DNA of 64,000 nucleotides from Candidatus Fermentibacteraceae bacterium (GTDB taxonomy: Bacteria > Fermentibacterota > Fermentibacteria > Fermentibacterales > JCC-6): NCBI GenBank assembly GCA_041750285.1, contig JBGSZS010000016.1:43591-107590 (forward strand), in the 5' to 3' direction. Positions 45,549 through 54,452 of the stretch are shown one piece after another; the stretch's first letter is position 1; every line of letters starts with the position of its first letter. The position numbers and the translations under genes were made by a program. The notes under the pieces are model-generated. The model was given only the letters and a program-made list of their open reading frames with translations. It did not search any database and had not been told where the DNA came from.

Positions 45549-48281
45549 TCAATTCACCACGGCGGCGTGGAAAACGGCTTCGGAGGAGTCGCCGTCCGTG
45601 ACCACCCGAAGGCAGACGTAATAAAGGCCGGGCGAGAGCTGCGAAGTCTCCCATTCGACTTCCCACGGTGACCCGCCCGGGGCCTCTCCCTGGAAGAATC
45701 CCACCAGTTCGCCAGCCACGTTGAAAACGCGCACGGTGTAGGTGCAGTCGGAACCCGGCGTGAACCTGATGAAGCCCGTTCCGTCCTGGACGGGGTTGGG
45801 CCAGACGAAGAAACCCTGGGCCGAAAGAAGCTCGGGCGTGGTTTTCCCGGGAAGGTCTTCAGGCCACCAGCACCCTTCCCCCCCGCGGTCAAGCCCGGTG
45901 TGCCATCCCTGGGGGGCCGCTGGAAGGGGCCAGGCGCCGATCCAACCGCCGCTGGCAATACCCATGAGCCTGTGCGTCCCGTCACCTGAGAACTTCCACA
46001 GCAATGGACGTCCAACCGGGCCGTCGCCCACCGACCAGAGCGTGCCGGGCATTTCTTCGGCGGCTCCGTTCCACAGACCGGTCCGGCCGTCACGCATGGA
46101 GAAGCCGGCAAAGCCGCTGCCGCCGATGCCCCGGTTGAAACGGTCGACCTGTTCTGAAAGGCTGTCGGTGAAGGCGGTGACGGGCCAGTCCGCCGGAATG
46201 GTTCCGCTGGGGGAGACGGCATGCGCGCCGGTGGAAGTCTCTACTACAAGGTCGATGTAGCCGTTTTCGTCGGGATCGGCCGGAAACAACCCCCCCAGCG
46301 CAGCGCCGCCAAGGGCGGACGGGAAGCCGGGCTCGAGGTCGCCCGAAGCATCGTAGCTGAAAACGTAACCCCTTACCGTAAGGGCGATCTCCTGCGTGCC
46401 GTCGCGGTCGAAGTCGGCGGAGACAGGAAGGGATATGTCGCCACCGCCCGGATGGACGCCGCTGAACATCGGCCTTCCCGCGAGATCGAAGGCATAGAGG
46501 CTGCCGTCGGCGACCGTGACAGCTATCCCAGGAGAATCGGGATCGGGTATGACACACACGCCCCTGACCTGATAGTCGAACCTCCTGGGCCATCCCGGAA
46601 GAAGGCTGCCCGCGGGTGAGAGGACGTGAACGCTGTCTGCAGCCACGGCCACGGCCACCTGAAGCCGTTCGGAGAAAAGGACCTGCACCGGCTCGGAGCC
46701 AACGCGGACGGGCCACCCCGGTGCCTCGTCTCCCCACTGGGGAGTGAGCATGTGGACATATCCGTTGCGGTCGCCGGTGAACAGGTACTCGGTTCCTTCG
46801 ATGGGCGCAATGACGGGAGGGGTCGCGAGTATGGCGCCGAAACCGAAAAGAAGCCCGCCCGAGGGTGACAGAGCCTCGATCCTGCCGCTTCCCCTGAGCA
46901 CGGCGATTACCTCGCCGTAACCGGGCGCGTTCCAGACCATGAGGCCGGAAGCGGGGTTCGACACCCTGCGGGGCCAGCCTTCGACGTCCTGCCGGGTCAC
47001 CGTGAAAGCCATGCTGTTTCCCGAGTTGGAGGTCACATCGACTGTAACGCCGGTGCGGCCGCCCCATGAGGCGGATGTGGACGGCGTCGTTTCGGGGCCG
47101 AGAAGCCATGCGTACCCGTCGCGCATCCAGGGGTCCCACCTGCTGCCCTCGCTTGTGTAGAAAAAGTCGTAATAAATGGTGTTGAAATCGGGAATGCCGT
47201 CGGCCTCGACGACCGAGACACCCTGGTGATCGGGGTCGACGTTGATGGTGTTGGCCGCAAGATGGCTGCCGAGCCTGGTTTCATCGACATGCCAGATCAG
47301 AATGCCCGACCCGGGAAGGCCGAAGTCGCGCTCGTGAGCCCCGCACTGGCCGTTGCCGTCGGGGTCGCGCTGGCGGTTCTCGATCAGGAGGTACTCGGAG
47401 CCAGAAAGGGGCACACGGTACACGGTGTCACCCGGGGACACGGTGAAACTGCCGTCGTAAACCTCGATAACGTCGGCCCAGCCAAGATGCTCGCGTGTGA
47501 ATGCCCCCGGTGCCGAGGGCCAGAAGCCGTACATGAGCCACTGGCCGTACCCCATCAGGTCCCAGCCGCCGATGGCCACGCTTCCCGTCATGGTGTTGTA
47601 AAGATCGGGCGCTCCGAGCCACCGGAGCAGCTTGGCTGCCATTACTCCGAGAACACCGAGGCCCAGGCCGTCCTGCGTCTGGTGCTCGGGAACGATGACA
47701 CCCTCCCTTACAAGTACACCGTCGTCGGTGGGGATGCCGCCGGCCATCCAGGGATCCTCGAGGCCGATGTAATACTGGAATGTGTCATAGTTTACGAAGT
47801 AGGAGCTTATGTCGAGGGTGCTGTTGCCCAGAACGTCGCCTTCACGGCCGGCCCCCGCGTGAACCACCATCACAAGGTCGTACCCTGAAAAATCGACCTC
47901 GCTGTCGGCGGCCTGAACTGCGTGCACCAACAGCCAGATGACAGCACTGGGCCATCTGTCGTTGTCGCCGTACCACGCCATCTGGTGGGGCATGAGGTAG
48001 CCGCCGTCGCCCACTGCCGGGTATACGGAGAAATCGAAGTCCTGCCTTCCGCCACTCACATCGGTGAAGTAGGAATCCACCTGGCCGGCAATGTCGATGC
48101 TGTAGTCCCTGCCGTGACCGGGCAGAAACTGCCCGTTGCCGGTCGTGGAATCGGTGTAGTCCTCGATGAATTCAACGCGAAGCACACATACCCGTGCCGT
48201 TGCAAGGCTGGCCGGCACCCCGGGAAGAGGGGCGGACAGGGCCCATGAGACAAGGAACGGTGACAGAGCAGCGAAACGCAC
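45549..48281 (-). CDS. M6 (immune inhibitor A)-like protein lacking the zinc motif, with FG-GAP repeats and a Por-type CTD
   Basis: VLRVEF, VHAGAG, LGAPDLY, WDLMGYG, EYLLIENR and GILIWHVDE, but AAKLLR occupies the HExxH position. Also ADFDRDG and CTD VWPNP...GLYY. Confidence 0.8.
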   Translation of the reverse strand: MRFAALSPFLVSWALSAPLPGVPASLATARVCVLRVEFIEDYTDSTTGNGQFLPGHGRDYSIDIAGQVDSYFTDVSGGRQDFDFSVYPAVGDGGYLMPHQMAWYGDNDRWPSAVIWLLVHAVQAADSEVDFSGYDLVMVVHAGAGREGDVLGNSTLDISSYFVNYDTFQYYIGLEDPWMAGGIPTDDGVLVREGVIVPEHQTQDGLGLGVLGVMAAKLLRWLGAPDLYNTMTGSVAIGGWDLMGYGQWLMYGFWPSAPGAFTREHLGWADVIEVYDGSFTVSPGDTVYRVPLSGSEYLLIENRQRDPDGNGQCGAHERDFGLPGSGILIWHVDETRLGSHLAANTINVDPDHQGVSVVEADGIPDFNTIYYDFFYTSEGSRWDPWMRDGYAWLLGPETTPSTSASWGGRTGVTVDVTSNSGNSMAFTVTRQDVEGWPRRVSNPASGLMVWNAPGYGEVIAVLRGSGRIEALSPSGGLLFGFGAILATPPVIAPIEGTEYLFTGDRNGYVHMLTPQWGDEAPGWPVRVGSEPVQVLFSERLQVAVAVAADSVHVLSPAGSLLPGWPRRFDYQVRGVCVIPDPDSPGIAVTVADGSLYAFDLAGRPMFSGVHPGGGDISLPVSADFDRDGTQEIALTVRGYVFSYDASGDLEPGFPSALGGAALGGLFPADPDENGYIDLVVETSTGAHAVSPSGTIPADWPVTAFTDSLSEQVDRFNRGIGGSGFAGFSMRDGRTGLWNGAAEEMPGTLWSVGDGPVGRPLLWKFSGDGTHRLMGIASGGWIGAWPLPAAPQGWHTGLDRGGEGCWWPEDLPGKTTPELLSAQGFFVWPNPVQDGTGFIRFTPGSDCTYTVRVFNVAGELVGFFQGEAPGGSPWEVEWETSQLSPGLYYVCLRVVTDGDSSEAVFHAAVVN

Positions 48282-48284
48282 CTG

Positions 48285-49274
48285 TCAGAACCCTACCGTG
48301 AGGGAAAACTTCTGATTGTACTTTCCGCTTCCCTGAAGTTCCTCGACCACCGGGATGAATGCCATATCGAACTGGAACCCCTCCCATTTGATGCCCGCGC
48401 CCCAGGTAAGTCCCTGTCGGGTGCTCGCGCCCTCGGTATCGTGGGAATAGCCCGCCCTGAGGGCAAGCAGGTCGTAGTACCAGAGCTCGGCTCCGACACC
48501 GAACGTGTTCTCGCTTATCTCTTCGCCGATCTCCTCGGTGACGTCCACAAGGAGTTTCGAATATTCGCCCGCGGCCAGAAGGCTGAAGAGCTCGTTTTCG
48601 ATGGGGCGCACCGCCATGCCCAGCCTGATCTCACGGGGCAGGGGATTGTTCTCGCTGTTGCCGCCGTAGCTCATATTGGGGCCAAGGTTGGCAAGGCACG
48701 CGCCCAGTGACATCCGGCCGATCCCGAATTCGGGCACGTGGTAGAGAACGCCGAAATCAGCGGCAAAACTGGAACCCTTGCCGTTGTCTTCGTAGTAGAG
48801 GTGGTCGTATATGAACTTCAGGCTCATTCCCACTCCGAGGCCTTCGGCCACTTCGGTGCCGAAGCTGCCCGTCCCGCTGATGCCGTAGGAATAGAATGTG
48901 CCCACGGGTTCGGTGTAGCCCTCGGGGATCTCCTGCTGTTCCCCCATGGACATGAACGTGATGTTCCCACCGATCCCGCCCCATCCCTCGAGGTGCTGGG
49001 CATAACCCAGGAACTCGAAGTAAAGGTCATCCGCAAGCTGTGGAAGCCACTTGGAGTGCTGAAGGGTCAGCTCGGACCTTTCGGAAGAGACGAATGCCAG
49101 CCCGGCGGGGTTCCAGTAGCTGGCCGTGGCATCGTCGCTAATGGCCGTGAAAACCTCGCCCATCCCGTTGGGCCTGGCTCCCGGGGTGATGTCCTTCCAG
49201 ATCACCGCTGCCGTGGCACCCCAAGAACTCCCGGCGAACGCCGCCAATGTGGCGGCGACAAGTAACTTATGCAT
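48285..49274 (-). CDS. porV: PorV/PorQ-like outer-membrane barrel (FadL-like fold)
   Basis: PGARPNGMGE, DATASYWNPAGL, KWLPQLADDLY, ANLGPNM and LRAGY; lies directly downstream of the porU-like gene. Confidence 0.8.
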   Translation of the reverse strand: MHKLLVAATLAAFAGSSWGATAAVIWKDITPGARPNGMGEVFTAISDDATASYWNPAGLAFVSSERSELTLQHSKWLPQLADDLYFEFLGYAQHLEGWGGIGGNITFMSMGEQQEIPEGYTEPVGTFYSYGISGTGSFGTEVAEGLGVGMSLKFIYDHLYYEDNGKGSSFAADFGVLYHVPEFGIGRMSLGACLANLGPNMSYGGNSENNPLPREIRLGMAVRPIENELFSLLAAGEYSKLLVDVTEEIGEEISENTFGVGAELWYYDLLALRAGYSHDTEGASTRQGLTWGAGIKWEGFQFDMAFIPVVEELQGSGKYNQKFSLTVGF

Positions 49275-49292
49275 TTCATCCTCCTGTTTCGA

Positions 49293-52200
49293 TCAATTTG
49301 CCACGACCGCCATCACTCCCGTGACGGAGGATTCACCGGCTGTAACCGTGTATATGTAAGCACCCGACGCCAAAGGATCGCCGTCGGCATCGCGCAGGTC
49401 CCACACCGACTGATTGTAGCCCGCTGCACCCTGCAGGTTCCGGAATGAGGCGACCGGTCTGCCGGCTACGGTGAAAACCAGAATGTCGACTGGACCGGAG
49501 CCGGATTGAATCCAGTGGAAACCCGCCACGTCAGACGAGGGGTTGGGGTAGACCCAGACCTGTTCCAGAACGGGACCGGCGTCGGAAAGGACCTCGAACT
49601 CCATCTCCGACCAGGAGAGGTTCAGCAGGCAGTCGGTGGCACGCAGGCGAAGCTGGTGCATGCCGGGGGACAGGCTCTGGAGGGGCACGAGAAGCCTCCC
49701 GCTCTCGGCGGAGCCCTGGTCGAAGGTGAAGTAGGAAGAAACATCGGACGGAACGTCGTCGAGGTACAGGGCAAGCTGGGCTCCCGGATAGGGCAGAAGG
49801 TTGATGCCCGAAGGATCGGACAGCTCGGCGCAGAACCACACCTCGCCCGACACGCTTGGAACCTGAGTGCCCCTGTAGCCCTGTATCCAGGATTCGATTA
49901 CTGGACCGTCGGAGTCGCCGGAAGGGTTGCCCGGCTCGATCACGCCGGGGAAGACGCACGAAAGGCTTCCACCAGCCCCGCCTGGGGAGAAGAACCTCAC
50001 CCTGGCCAGATCCCCCGTGGCTGCCACCAGCGGAACGAAGATGTCCTGCGTGAACCCGGGGACCGCCTGGGTGAAGCCGCGGTGGAAGAGGCCGGGAACG
50101 GTATAGTGCCTTATCGGGAGGTTGGTCTGGTAGGTGTAGTAGGTGTCGGGCTGCATCGATTCCCAGGCGCTGACCATGACCTGCCCCTCGCGACCGGTCA
50201 GGGTGCCCTCGAATGAGGTCATCTCACCTGTGCGCAAAACGGGGTAGGAATGGGTTATCCCGCTGTCGGGAAGGGCGAGGTCGAGCGAGCCGTCGCCGAA
50301 GAGGATGTAGTACTTGTCGTAGTTCCCGCCGTTATAGACCTTGCCGAGGAACGTTGCTTCACCCATCGACAGGTTCGGATTCGTCAGGAGGACCGAAAAG
50401 ATGCTTATCAGCATGTTGCGGTTCGAACTGCCCTGTGTCTTCAGTGAGGCGCCCAGTGACGTGATGGCTCCGCCCGAGGGAGGCAGCGTGACCTCGCCCG
50501 AGATGCACTTGCGGCCAGGGTACTGGAACATCCCCACGTCGCACGAGCCGAAGAAGGCGTAGGGAAGCCTTCCCCCGTTTTCGAGCTGGGCCCAGTCCTC
50601 GAGGTAGAAGAGCCCTTCGTCGGCTATCTGGTCGTAACTGCCGTGACCCATGTAAAACATCACCAGGGCGCCGCGCGACCATGCGTCGATGAAGGACTGC
50701 CGCCACTCCGGCTTCTTGCCGGCGTCGTTCCAGGTGTGGAAAATCCCGAACTGGCGGTCGACGAAGAACCTTCCGGGAACGCTCTCCAGAATGGCTTCGG
50801 TCTGATTGGTGTGGTAGGTGTCGGTGTAGTAGGGCACCCCGTTGGAGATCATCCTTTCGTCGTCGGCCGCGGCGATCACCTCGGACTGCCAGTCGCCCGA
50901 TGCGGCGAGGGTGAAGTAGTCATACGCGCGCTGGGCGAGGGTCTGGAGTTCGGAACGGTTGGAGGCAAGAAGCCGGGACACTCCGAACTGGGGGTCGGCG
51001 GAACCCGACACCACTCCGTACCGGTCATCGCTTACGCCTTCGTCGGAGAGGCGGGTCACCAGAACGTCCATCGGGCAAGGCTGGGAGTAGAGGAAGTGCC
51101 TGGGGTCGAAGTGACCGGTTCCCACGAGCACGATCTCGGTGGGCAGGGGGTCCCATGTATTCATCACCCAGTCCAGCATGGCCCTGACGGCCTGCGGGTC
51201 GCGCACGCCGCCGTTGAACTCGTCCCACACCTCGGTGAGTGACACGAACACCCGGCTGCGACCGTCGGGACGGTCAAGAAGGGGCATGTCGGGTCCGAAC
51301 TCGTCAGGGTAGAAAACTATGACATCGCCGCCCGACAGCGTGCCGCGGATCCGCCCGGGAGACGCCGGGGCGACTGAATAGGGCTCGGGCAGGCTGCCGG
51401 TGGGATACATGAACATGACGGGCATGCGCCACCCGAACGGAACCTCGACCTCGAAGGCGTTGCCGCCCGGAAGGTCGAGCGCGTGTATCAGGGTGTCGCC
51501 GTTCACAAGGAATGCCCGGGCCTGGTCGAGGTTCTGTGCCCAGGAGACCCTGCGCCTCTCCCCTATGGGAACCGAATAGACCAGCGGGACCTCCATGGCC
51601 GTTGACGACGAGGAAAAGCTCTTCTCGGGGAACACCGACACCCAGTCGAAGTTCACGGTGTAAGAGCCCGAAACCTGCGAGAACCTTATGCCAAGGCTGT
51701 TGCCCGCGTTCTTGAAGCCCGAGACGTCGAACGTGAGTATGTGCCGTCCGGTTGAGGAAAGGATCGTATCGCCCTGGGTGACGCCGTTGAGGATGGCGGT
51801 TACCTTGGCCTGCCCCGCGGAAAGTACCAGGCCCACCCTTGCCAGGCCGGGTCCGGTTGCCCCCTGGGTGTCGAAGTTGAGGGTGGCGGTCTGGGTGTGG
51901 CTGCCGGACAGCCGCGACCACGACCAGTAATCCCACACCGAAGTCTCGCGGATGTAGTTCTTCTCGAAGTGGTGCCTGCCCAGGTAATGGTCGGTGGCCG
52001 GCGGGGCGCCCGTTATGGAGCAGTCGACCGTCTCCATGAAAGGCCCCCCGGCCTCGCCCCAGGTCAGCCAGTAGGTGTTCAGGGAGTCGTACTGACCGTT
52101 GAAGTGAAGGCCGTCGAAACCTATCCTGTCGTCCCACCACGAAAGACCCCTGCCGAAGAAGAGGACCCTGTCGGTACCGTCGAATACGCCGTCTCCGCCG

Positions 52201-53012
52201 TCCTCCACCAGGACCGGAACGGGTATGGGCTCGTACGAGTAGTCCCACGGAACTTCCTCGCTCATCCCGAGGCCGCGGCCGCAGTACATGCTGAAAGAGG
52301 ATGAGGGCATCCCGACGGCCTGGGGCAGAAGCGCGCCGGTGACCTGGAAAACGCCAGCAGTATCGACCTGAATGCGCGCCCACGGTCTGCCCCAGAACGG
52401 GCTGGAACCGGAACGGGACCGGGGCTCGAGTGTGTACCCGTTGCCGGATGAGAAGAAAAGATCGTAAAGAAGGCCCTGATGCCCCTGGGCCCTGCCCGGT
52501 GACGAGGCGCCCCTGCCCTCGACGACGACCCGCATGCCTGAGGCGCACTGGAGCATTCCGTCACGGGAAGTGACCGGGTAGAGCGCCACCTCGACGAAAC
52601 CGGCGCGCCGCCAAGTGCCGTACTGGACAACCCTGCTCCACTGACCGGGAAGGAGCGGGGAGGAAGCCTCGCGGAAGGCCTCGGTTCCCTCCTCGGTGAA
52701 GAACGACGATGCAATGCCGGCTGACGGACCGATGCTGCGGGTTCCCATGACCTCGACCCGGACCTGCGGGGTCGTCCCTGGTTCGATGGGAAGGCGGACG
52801 TAGCGCACCGGCAGGTGCACGTCGTCCATCACGGAGCAACCGTCGATCTCATAGGAGGACAACCCGCCGGAACTTGAAGCCTCCGGTGCTGAAAACTCTA
52901 TCACAAGAGCGTTGGACAGGGCTTCACCGGAGGGGCCGGCAAGCAGCGATGGAGACAGGGTCACAAGCAGCAGGAAAAAGTTCATGATCATTCCCGTCCG
53001 AAAAAGCCGCAC
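49293..53012 (-). CDS. porU: PorU-like gingipain-family (C25) sortase with a Por-type CTD
   Basis: N-terminal VDTAGVF...DRVLFFG...NTYWLT, VWDEFNGG.RDP.AVR, the catalytic His in YMGHG and Cys in GSCD, ILFGD, ELSDPSGIN and CTD VYPNP...LASGAYIY. Confidence 0.85.
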   Translation of the reverse strand: MRLFRTGMIMNFFLLLVTLSPSLLAGPSGEALSNALVIEFSAPEASSSGGLSSYEIDGCSVMDDVHLPVRYVRLPIEPGTTPQVRVEVMGTRSIGPSAGIASSFFTEEGTEAFREASSPLLPGQWSRVVQYGTWRRAGFVEVALYPVTSRDGMLQCASGMRVVVEGRGASSPGRAQGHQGLLYDLFFSSGNGYTLEPRSRSGSSPFWGRPWARIQVDTAGVFQVTGALLPQAVGMPSSSFSMYCGRGLGMSEEVPWDYSYEPIPVPVLVEDGGDGVFDGTDRVLFFGRGLSWWDDRIGFDGLHFNGQYDSLNTYWLTWGEAGGPFMETVDCSITGAPPATDHYLGRHHFEKNYIRETSVWDYWSWSRLSGSHTQTATLNFDTQGATGPGLARVGLVLSAGQAKVTAILNGVTQGDTILSSTGRHILTFDVSGFKNAGNSLGIRFSQVSGSYTVNFDWVSVFPEKSFSSSSTAMEVPLVYSVPIGERRRVSWAQNLDQARAFLVNGDTLIHALDLPGGNAFEVEVPFGWRMPVMFMYPTGSLPEPYSVAPASPGRIRGTLSGGDVIVFYPDEFGPDMPLLDRPDGRSRVFVSLTEVWDEFNGGVRDPQAVRAMLDWVMNTWDPLPTEIVLVGTGHFDPRHFLYSQPCPMDVLVTRLSDEGVSDDRYGVVSGSADPQFGVSRLLASNRSELQTLAQRAYDYFTLAASGDWQSEVIAAADDERMISNGVPYYTDTYHTNQTEAILESVPGRFFVDRQFGIFHTWNDAGKKPEWRQSFIDAWSRGALVMFYMGHGSYDQIADEGLFYLEDWAQLENGGRLPYAFFGSCDVGMFQYPGRKCISGEVTLPPSGGAITSLGASLKTQGSSNRNMLISIFSVLLTNPNLSMGEATFLGKVYNGGNYDKYYILFGDGSLDLALPDSGITHSYPVLRTGEMTSFEGTLTGREGQVMVSAWESMQPDTYYTYQTNLPIRHYTVPGLFHRGFTQAVPGFTQDIFVPLVAATGDLARVRFFSPGGAGGSLSCVFPGVIEPGNPSGDSDGPVIESWIQGYRGTQVPSVSGEVWFCAELSDPSGINLLPYPGAQLALYLDDVPSDVSSYFTFDQGSAESGRLLVPLQSLSPGMHQLRLRATDCLLNLSWSEMEFEVLSDAGPVLEQVWVYPNPSSDVAGFHWIQSGSGPVDILVFTVAGRPVASFRNLQGAAGYNQSVWDLRDADGDPLASGAYIYTVTAGESSVTGVMAVVAN

Positions 53013-53125
53013 ATCAACCCGGATAGCAGCAGGAACGCATGTAATCTACCGTTTCCGTACTCATTGGAAAAGGTACTTGCTTTACACCGTTCGCAGGCAG
53101 GTGGTTCCAGCGGCGCCGTTTCTCG

Positions 53126-53659
53126 TCAAAGATCGGAAAGCTCCAGAATGGGCCCTTCATCGGGGTTTTCACCGGGAAGCCTGTCGTCATCGGGGATCAG
53201 CTCAGCCTTCACACGGTTCTCCTCGACCAGGATCATGCTTTTCTGGCTCTCCATGAACTCCTTCATTCTGGCAAGAAGTGCCAGCCGCCTGTCCTGCAGT
53301 TCCCTGATGGTCTCGGTGAGCACCTGCACCCGCCGGTGGGCCTGGTTCAGCATGGACTCGCCCTTGACCTGGGCGTCGCGGATTATGAGCTCCGCCTCCC
53401 GTCTCGCATCCTCCCTGGCTGTGGCGGCGCTTTTCTGCTGGGTGACCAGGACTTCCCGGACAGCCCCTTCCATCCTGTCAAAATCGCTCGCCCTGGCCCT
53501 CAGGAGTTCGAGTTCCCGGGATGACGCCTCACGGGTCTCCACGGTTTCCTCCCAGGCGTCGGCCAGCATCTCCAGAAATGCGTCCACCTCGGCTGAATCG
53601 TATCCCCTGAGGGCTTTTTTGAACCTCTGCCGCCTGATGTCCAGAGGAGAGATCTTCAT
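53126..53659 (-). CDS. divIVA: DivIVA domain protein
   Basis: ISPLDIRRQRFKKALRGYDSAEVDAFL followed by a coiled coil. Confidence 0.9.
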   Translation of the reverse strand: MKISPLDIRRQRFKKALRGYDSAEVDAFLEMLADAWEETVETREASSRELELLRARASDFDRMEGAVREVLVTQQKSAATAREDARREAELIIRDAQVKGESMLNQAHRRVQVLTETIRELQDRRLALLARMKEFMESQKSMILVEENRVKAELIPDDDRLPGENPDEGPILELSDL

Positions 53660-53686
53660 CAATGTTCTCCCTTCAGTTGCCCGGGA

Positions 53687-54358
53687 TCACCGGCGCGACC
53701 CGAACAGGGCACTGCCAAGCCTGACTGTGGTAGCCCCCTCGCGCACCGCGTGCGGATAATCGTCACTCATGCCCATGGAAAGCGTTCCGAGCGGAACCCC
53801 AAGCGAACGCCTCAGCCCGTCCCTCAGTTCGCGCAGCAAAGCAAAAGCCCTTCTGGAGACGGTTTCGTCATTGACAAGGGGGCCCACGGTAAGCAGGCCG
53901 CGCACATCGAGCCCGATCTCGATCATGCGTCCGACCGCTTCAGCAAGAATTCCTGCCTGCGGGGCGAAGCCCTTCTTGGTTCCCTCACCGGAAGTGTTGA
54001 CCTCGACGAGAAGCGGGTTCTGGGCTTTTCTGCGGGCAAGCTCGAGGGCGACTTCCATCCTGTCGACCGCGTCGATGCAGTGAAAGTCACGCACGGCCTG
54101 CCTTGCCTCTCTGACATGAAACGGCCCTATCAGGTGGAACTCGGCAAAATCCCGGCCCAGTTCACCGATCTTCCGGCCCCCTTCGGTGACCCGGTTCTCG
54201 CCGATCTGACGGATCCCCGCAGCTACGGCCTCGCGGATGACCGAAGCCGTGTGCGTCTTCGTGACCGCCATGATGCTCACCTCGGCGGGGCACCTTCCCA
54301 CGTCCAGGCATGCCCCGGCGATGCGGTCTTGGATCGTCTCAAGATTCCGGCCGATCAT
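53687..54358 (-). CDS. yggS: YggS family pyridoxal phosphate homeostasis protein
   Basis: MAVTK, GENRV, HLIG, LSMGMSDDY and EGATTVRLGSALFG. Confidence 0.93.
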   Translation of the reverse strand: MIGRNLETIQDRIAGACLDVGRCPAEVSIMAVTKTHTASVIREAVAAGIRQIGENRVTEGGRKIGELGRDFAEFHLIGPFHVREARQAVRDFHCIDAVDRMEVALELARRKAQNPLLVEVNTSGEGTKKGFAPQAGILAEAVGRMIEIGLDVRGLLTVGPLVNDETVSRRAFALLRELRDGLRRSLGVPLGTLSMGMSDDYPHAVREGATTVRLGSALFGSRR

Positions 54359-54452
54359 GTAAGAAACCTCCAGCGGTAATATGCGTCACCGGTGGAACGG
54401 ATACACCGGGCCCATGCTATATTGCCTTCAGACGAAAAACGAAGGGATGAGA

